From the NCBI RefSeq assembly GCF_009914755.1, contig NC_060928.1: a stretch of 64,000 nt of DNA; one strand, given 5' to 3'. Under the pieces are notes generated by a model that saw only the letters and a list, made by a program, of their open reading frames with translations, did not search any database and was not told the origin of the DNA. The stretch is from the human T2T-CHM13v2.0 reference genome, Homo sapiens. Numbering within the stretch: the first letter of the stretch is position 1; the number at the start of each line of letters is the position of its first letter. The translations under genes and the position numbers were made by a program. Shown piece after piece: positions 59,871-64,000 of the stretch.

Positions 59871-60763
59871 TTCCAATTACTCAGAACTTTTTTTCACTTG
59901 GTCAAAAAGAAGAGGTTCAGAAGAGAAAGGCTATCCAGTGGGAAGAAAGTTGTGCCCTCTTCCACCCTATAGAGCAATCTTTGAGGCATAGAAAGAGCTC
60001 TTCATTGATGTCAAAATAGAACTCTGTCTTAGTACATAAAATTCTAAGTTTACGTTTTGAGACTATAAAGGTGTAAAATATAGTGCCTGTCCTGGATTTA
60101 ATTTTGTAAACTTTTGGCTTTTACAAATCGCTTAAAATAAAATGATGAAGGGTTTTTAAGAAACACTGTCCTTGTTTGGTTGAAGTCTGCCACCATGTGG
60201 CCACTTTGAAAAATAACATTTTTAGAAGTGACTTCGTAAGAATTTAGATCTAGAAGGATATAGAATATGCAAATATGATATTTCATAATAGCCGAATTTA
60301 ATCATTGTAGTCAGCCTATTTGTGGTAATGGTATTATTACACAAATCATTTCACAAGAGTCATTTATTTTCATTTATTTTTACTACCAGCTTTTGAGGTA
60401 GAAATGTAAGATCTCTCAGTCTGCAAGTACTATTTTTTAACCTTTCATGAAGTACTGACCTGAACAGGAATCCTTAGATTCTAGGTGGGATTCCAATGTC
60501 AACTAGCTGTATCTCTACAACATCATATGACTATGACATGGTAGATTTGGATTTTAAGCCCAGTTCAGTCTGACACTGAAACTGGACATATTAGGACCTA
60601 AACACGTTTTCCTTGCTTGAAGTTTGTAAGCTATTTTAGTATATCAATTATATTTGTCAAACAACTAAAATCTAAGCTTAACTTTGCACTAAGTTGACAT
60701 AAAATTAATAGTAGAACTAGTAGTGGTATAGTATAGAATTTAGTAGTGACAGGCAAATATTCT

Positions 60764-61348
60764 TGTGATAGTTAATTTTAGGTGTCAACTTGACTGGATT
60801 AGATAATTCCTAGAGAGAAGGTATTTCCAGAAGAAATTAGCATGTTAATCTGAGTGGATTAAGTGGCAAAGATCTGCTGTCAATGTGGGCAGACACTATT
60901 CAATCAGCTGGGGGCTTGGCTAGAACAAAACCAGAAAAGGCAATTAGGTCTCTCTTTCAAAGAGCTGAGATATACTCTTCTTCTCCTGTCTTGGACATCA
61001 AAACTTTAGGTTCACCAGCCGTGGGATTCTAGGACTTACACCAATATCCACGCCCCCTGCCATCTCCAGATTCTCAGGCTTTCAGTCTTAAACAGAGAGC
61101 TCACCATGAGGTTCCTTAGTTCTGAGGCCTTCAGACTTGGACTGAGCCATGCTACTAGCATCCCAGGGTCTCCGTCCCAGGGCTTGTCATGGGACTTCTC
61201 AATCCCCATAATTGCACGAGAGCTAATTCCTTTAATAAAATCCCCCTCATGTATCTATGTCTATACCTATATCTATTAATAATATCTCTCTCTGTATATA
61301 TATGTATCCTATTGATTCTGTCTCTTTGGAAAACCCTGGATTGATAGA
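60764..61348 (+). mobile_element. MLT2B-like LTR
   Basis: TGTGATAGTTAATTTTAGGTGTCAACTTGACTGG...CCTATTGATTCTGTCTCT. Confidence 0.85.
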
Positions 61349-61443
61349 ATTAGTATCTTGTTAAGAATTGGTGCCTAAGGATTTCAAAATTGTTTTCTCC
61401 ACATTATGTCAAATGAAACAAAACAAAAACAAAATAACACCTT

Positions 61444-61801
61444 TGATATGCTTTGGCTCTGTGTCTCCACTGAAATATCATTTCCAATTGTAATTCTCCC
61501 CTGTCAGGGGAGAGGCCTGGTGGGAGGTGATTGAATCATGGGGGTGGACATCCCCCTTGCTGGTCTCCTGATAGTGAGTGAGTTCTCACAGGATCTGGTG
61601 GTTTAAAAGTGTGTGGTAGTTTCTCTCTCTCTCTCTACCCTGTCACCATGTAAGATGTGCCTTGCTTTCCCTTCCGCCATGTGTGTAAGTTTTCTGAGGC
61701 CTCTCCAGTCATGTGAACTGTGAATCAGTTAGACCTCTTTTCTTTGTAAATCTCCCAGTCTCAGGTAGTTCTTTATAGGAGTGTGAAAACTGACAAATAC
61801 A
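61444..61801 (+). mobile_element. MSTA solo LTR
   Basis: TGATATGCTTTGGCT...CCCAGTCTCAGGTAGTTCTTTATAG..AATACA; TSD ACCTT/ATCTT. Confidence 0.88.
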
Positions 61802-61987
61802 ATCTTCTATAAATTTATCAACAAATATGTAATGTATGCCTGTTTGTTTTATAAACTTCCTACTGTAAGGAGATGAGAAATTATCCCTATGTACTAAAGT
61901 GTACTAAAGTACCACTAATTTTATGAAATAGCAGTCTATAACAACACACTTTGATTAAACTTTATTACTATTAAGATTGACATTTTT

Positions 61988-62364
<377 letters not shown>

Positions 62365-62449
62365 TTACAATGTTTCCTCTCCTTTCATGAAGTCACATGA
62401 TCAAAAGAATCTATTTCCTTAAGAGCTGATATTATATTATTCACTTCGC

Positions 62450-62753
<304 letters not shown>

Positions 62754-63148
62754 ATATTATTCACTTTTCATTGCAAAATCATTTCAATTGTCAGATAATT
62801 TAGGTAAAGTATCAGTTAGGGGAAAGTGATTTACTATTCCACATAATTCTTCTTACTTCTTCTTCATAATGTTATATAAGAAAGAAAGAATGAACAACCA
62901 CCATCTTTCACTTCCTCTAAAAATTATAGGTAGAGGAAAGTCCAAAACTTTTTAAAAATAGTCTAGAGATGTTTTGTGAAATCCTGTCCTAAAAACATTG
63001 CTGCAATAACTGTGGACTGTATCTGCAAAGCAAAAACAAAGAAACTTTATTACATAATTTTCACAAGTCAAAACAAAAGAAAATCACTAAATTTGAGCCT
63101 ACTGTTCTGGTTTTATCTTTCTCTAATATTTTAAAAATCTATGATATA

Positions 63149-63571
63149 CAGCAATCCCCCCTTATGTGTGATTATGCTTTCTGTGGCTTCAGCTACCCAT
63201 GTTCAACTCTGATTTGAAAATATTAAATAAAAAACTCCAGAAATAAACAATTCATCAGTTTTAAATTGCATGCTTTTCTGAGTAGTGTGATGGAATGTCA
63301 CACTGTCCTGCTTCATCCCACTCTGTCCAGCCCAGGTCCAGAATCATCCCTTTGTCCAGCATATTCACACTACACTACCCAGCTGTTAGTCATTTAGCAG
63401 CAATTTTTCACTATCATATATATATATATGTGTATATATATACACATACACACACACATACATATATATATATAAAAACATGGTATACATAGGGTTGGAT
63501 ACTTTCCAAGGCTTCAGACATGCATCAGGAATCTTGGAACTTGCCTCTGTAGATAAGGGGGGAAACTACTG
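63149..63571. mobile_element. MER44A/Tigger7 MITE with internal (TA)/(CA) repeat
   Basis: TA|CAGCAATCCCCCCTTAT...GATAAGGGGGGAAACTACTG|TA. Confidence 0.85.
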
Positions 63572-63859
63572 TACCCTCAAAAGTTTAAGGTACAGCGCTA
63601 CATGTGCTGTACTCAGGATTTAAGTTGATTTGGCACTAAAGAGATCCATTACTCGAACTTTTTAAAATTAAAAATATCTATTAATGTTGCATCTCTGCTT
63701 CTATTTAATATATACTGCAATCTTCCATAACTATTTGCAACCATCTTAGGAAAGAGATCTTGATAGCTGCTTAAAACTGCAGGTAAAGTAGGCTTTAGAT
63801 AATTCAGGTGTAGAAAATACAACTACTAATAATGTTCCTTGAATTTCTTCAATTGACAT

Positions 63860-64000
63860 ATGTTTGTTGAATATTTACTACCAGGTAGGTTTTTTTCTAA
63901 GAACACATAGAACTTCAGTGAGTCAAGGGTTCTTACCCACATGAAGCTTACATTCTAGAGGACCAGACACTTTATGAACAAGTAAACAAATAACCAGCAT
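63860..64000 (-). mobile_element. L2 3' fragment
   Basis: TTTGTTGAATATTTACTA..CATGAAGCTTACATTCTAG. Confidence 0.55.

Overview
This window is AT-rich primate (human-like) non-coding DNA, intergenic or deep intronic, and is dominated by interspersed repeats. It contains about 11 Alu/FLAM copies, two oppositely oriented solo LTR12 (ERV9) elements, a 5'-truncated L1PA3-like LINE with an inverted 5'UTR fragment, and a near-full-length decayed Charlie3 (hAT) DNA transposon. It also has older L1M/L1PA15-16, L2, MIR, MaLR/ERVL LTRs, MER58/MER47/MER63/MER44/Tigger2 elements and microsatellites. No host protein-coding exon, RNA gene or CRISPR array is supportable; the recognisable long ORFs derive from L1 ORF2, Charlie transposase, LTR12 or Alu. 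I see no convincing new biological system. The most interesting structures are local templated duplications (a 208-bp inverted copy of an L1 3' end and a 70-bp unique segment copied into an L2), an unusual twin-priming L1 junction, and G/C-tract expansions in an LTR12 promoter. Subfamily names come from recalled consensus sequences, not from a search.
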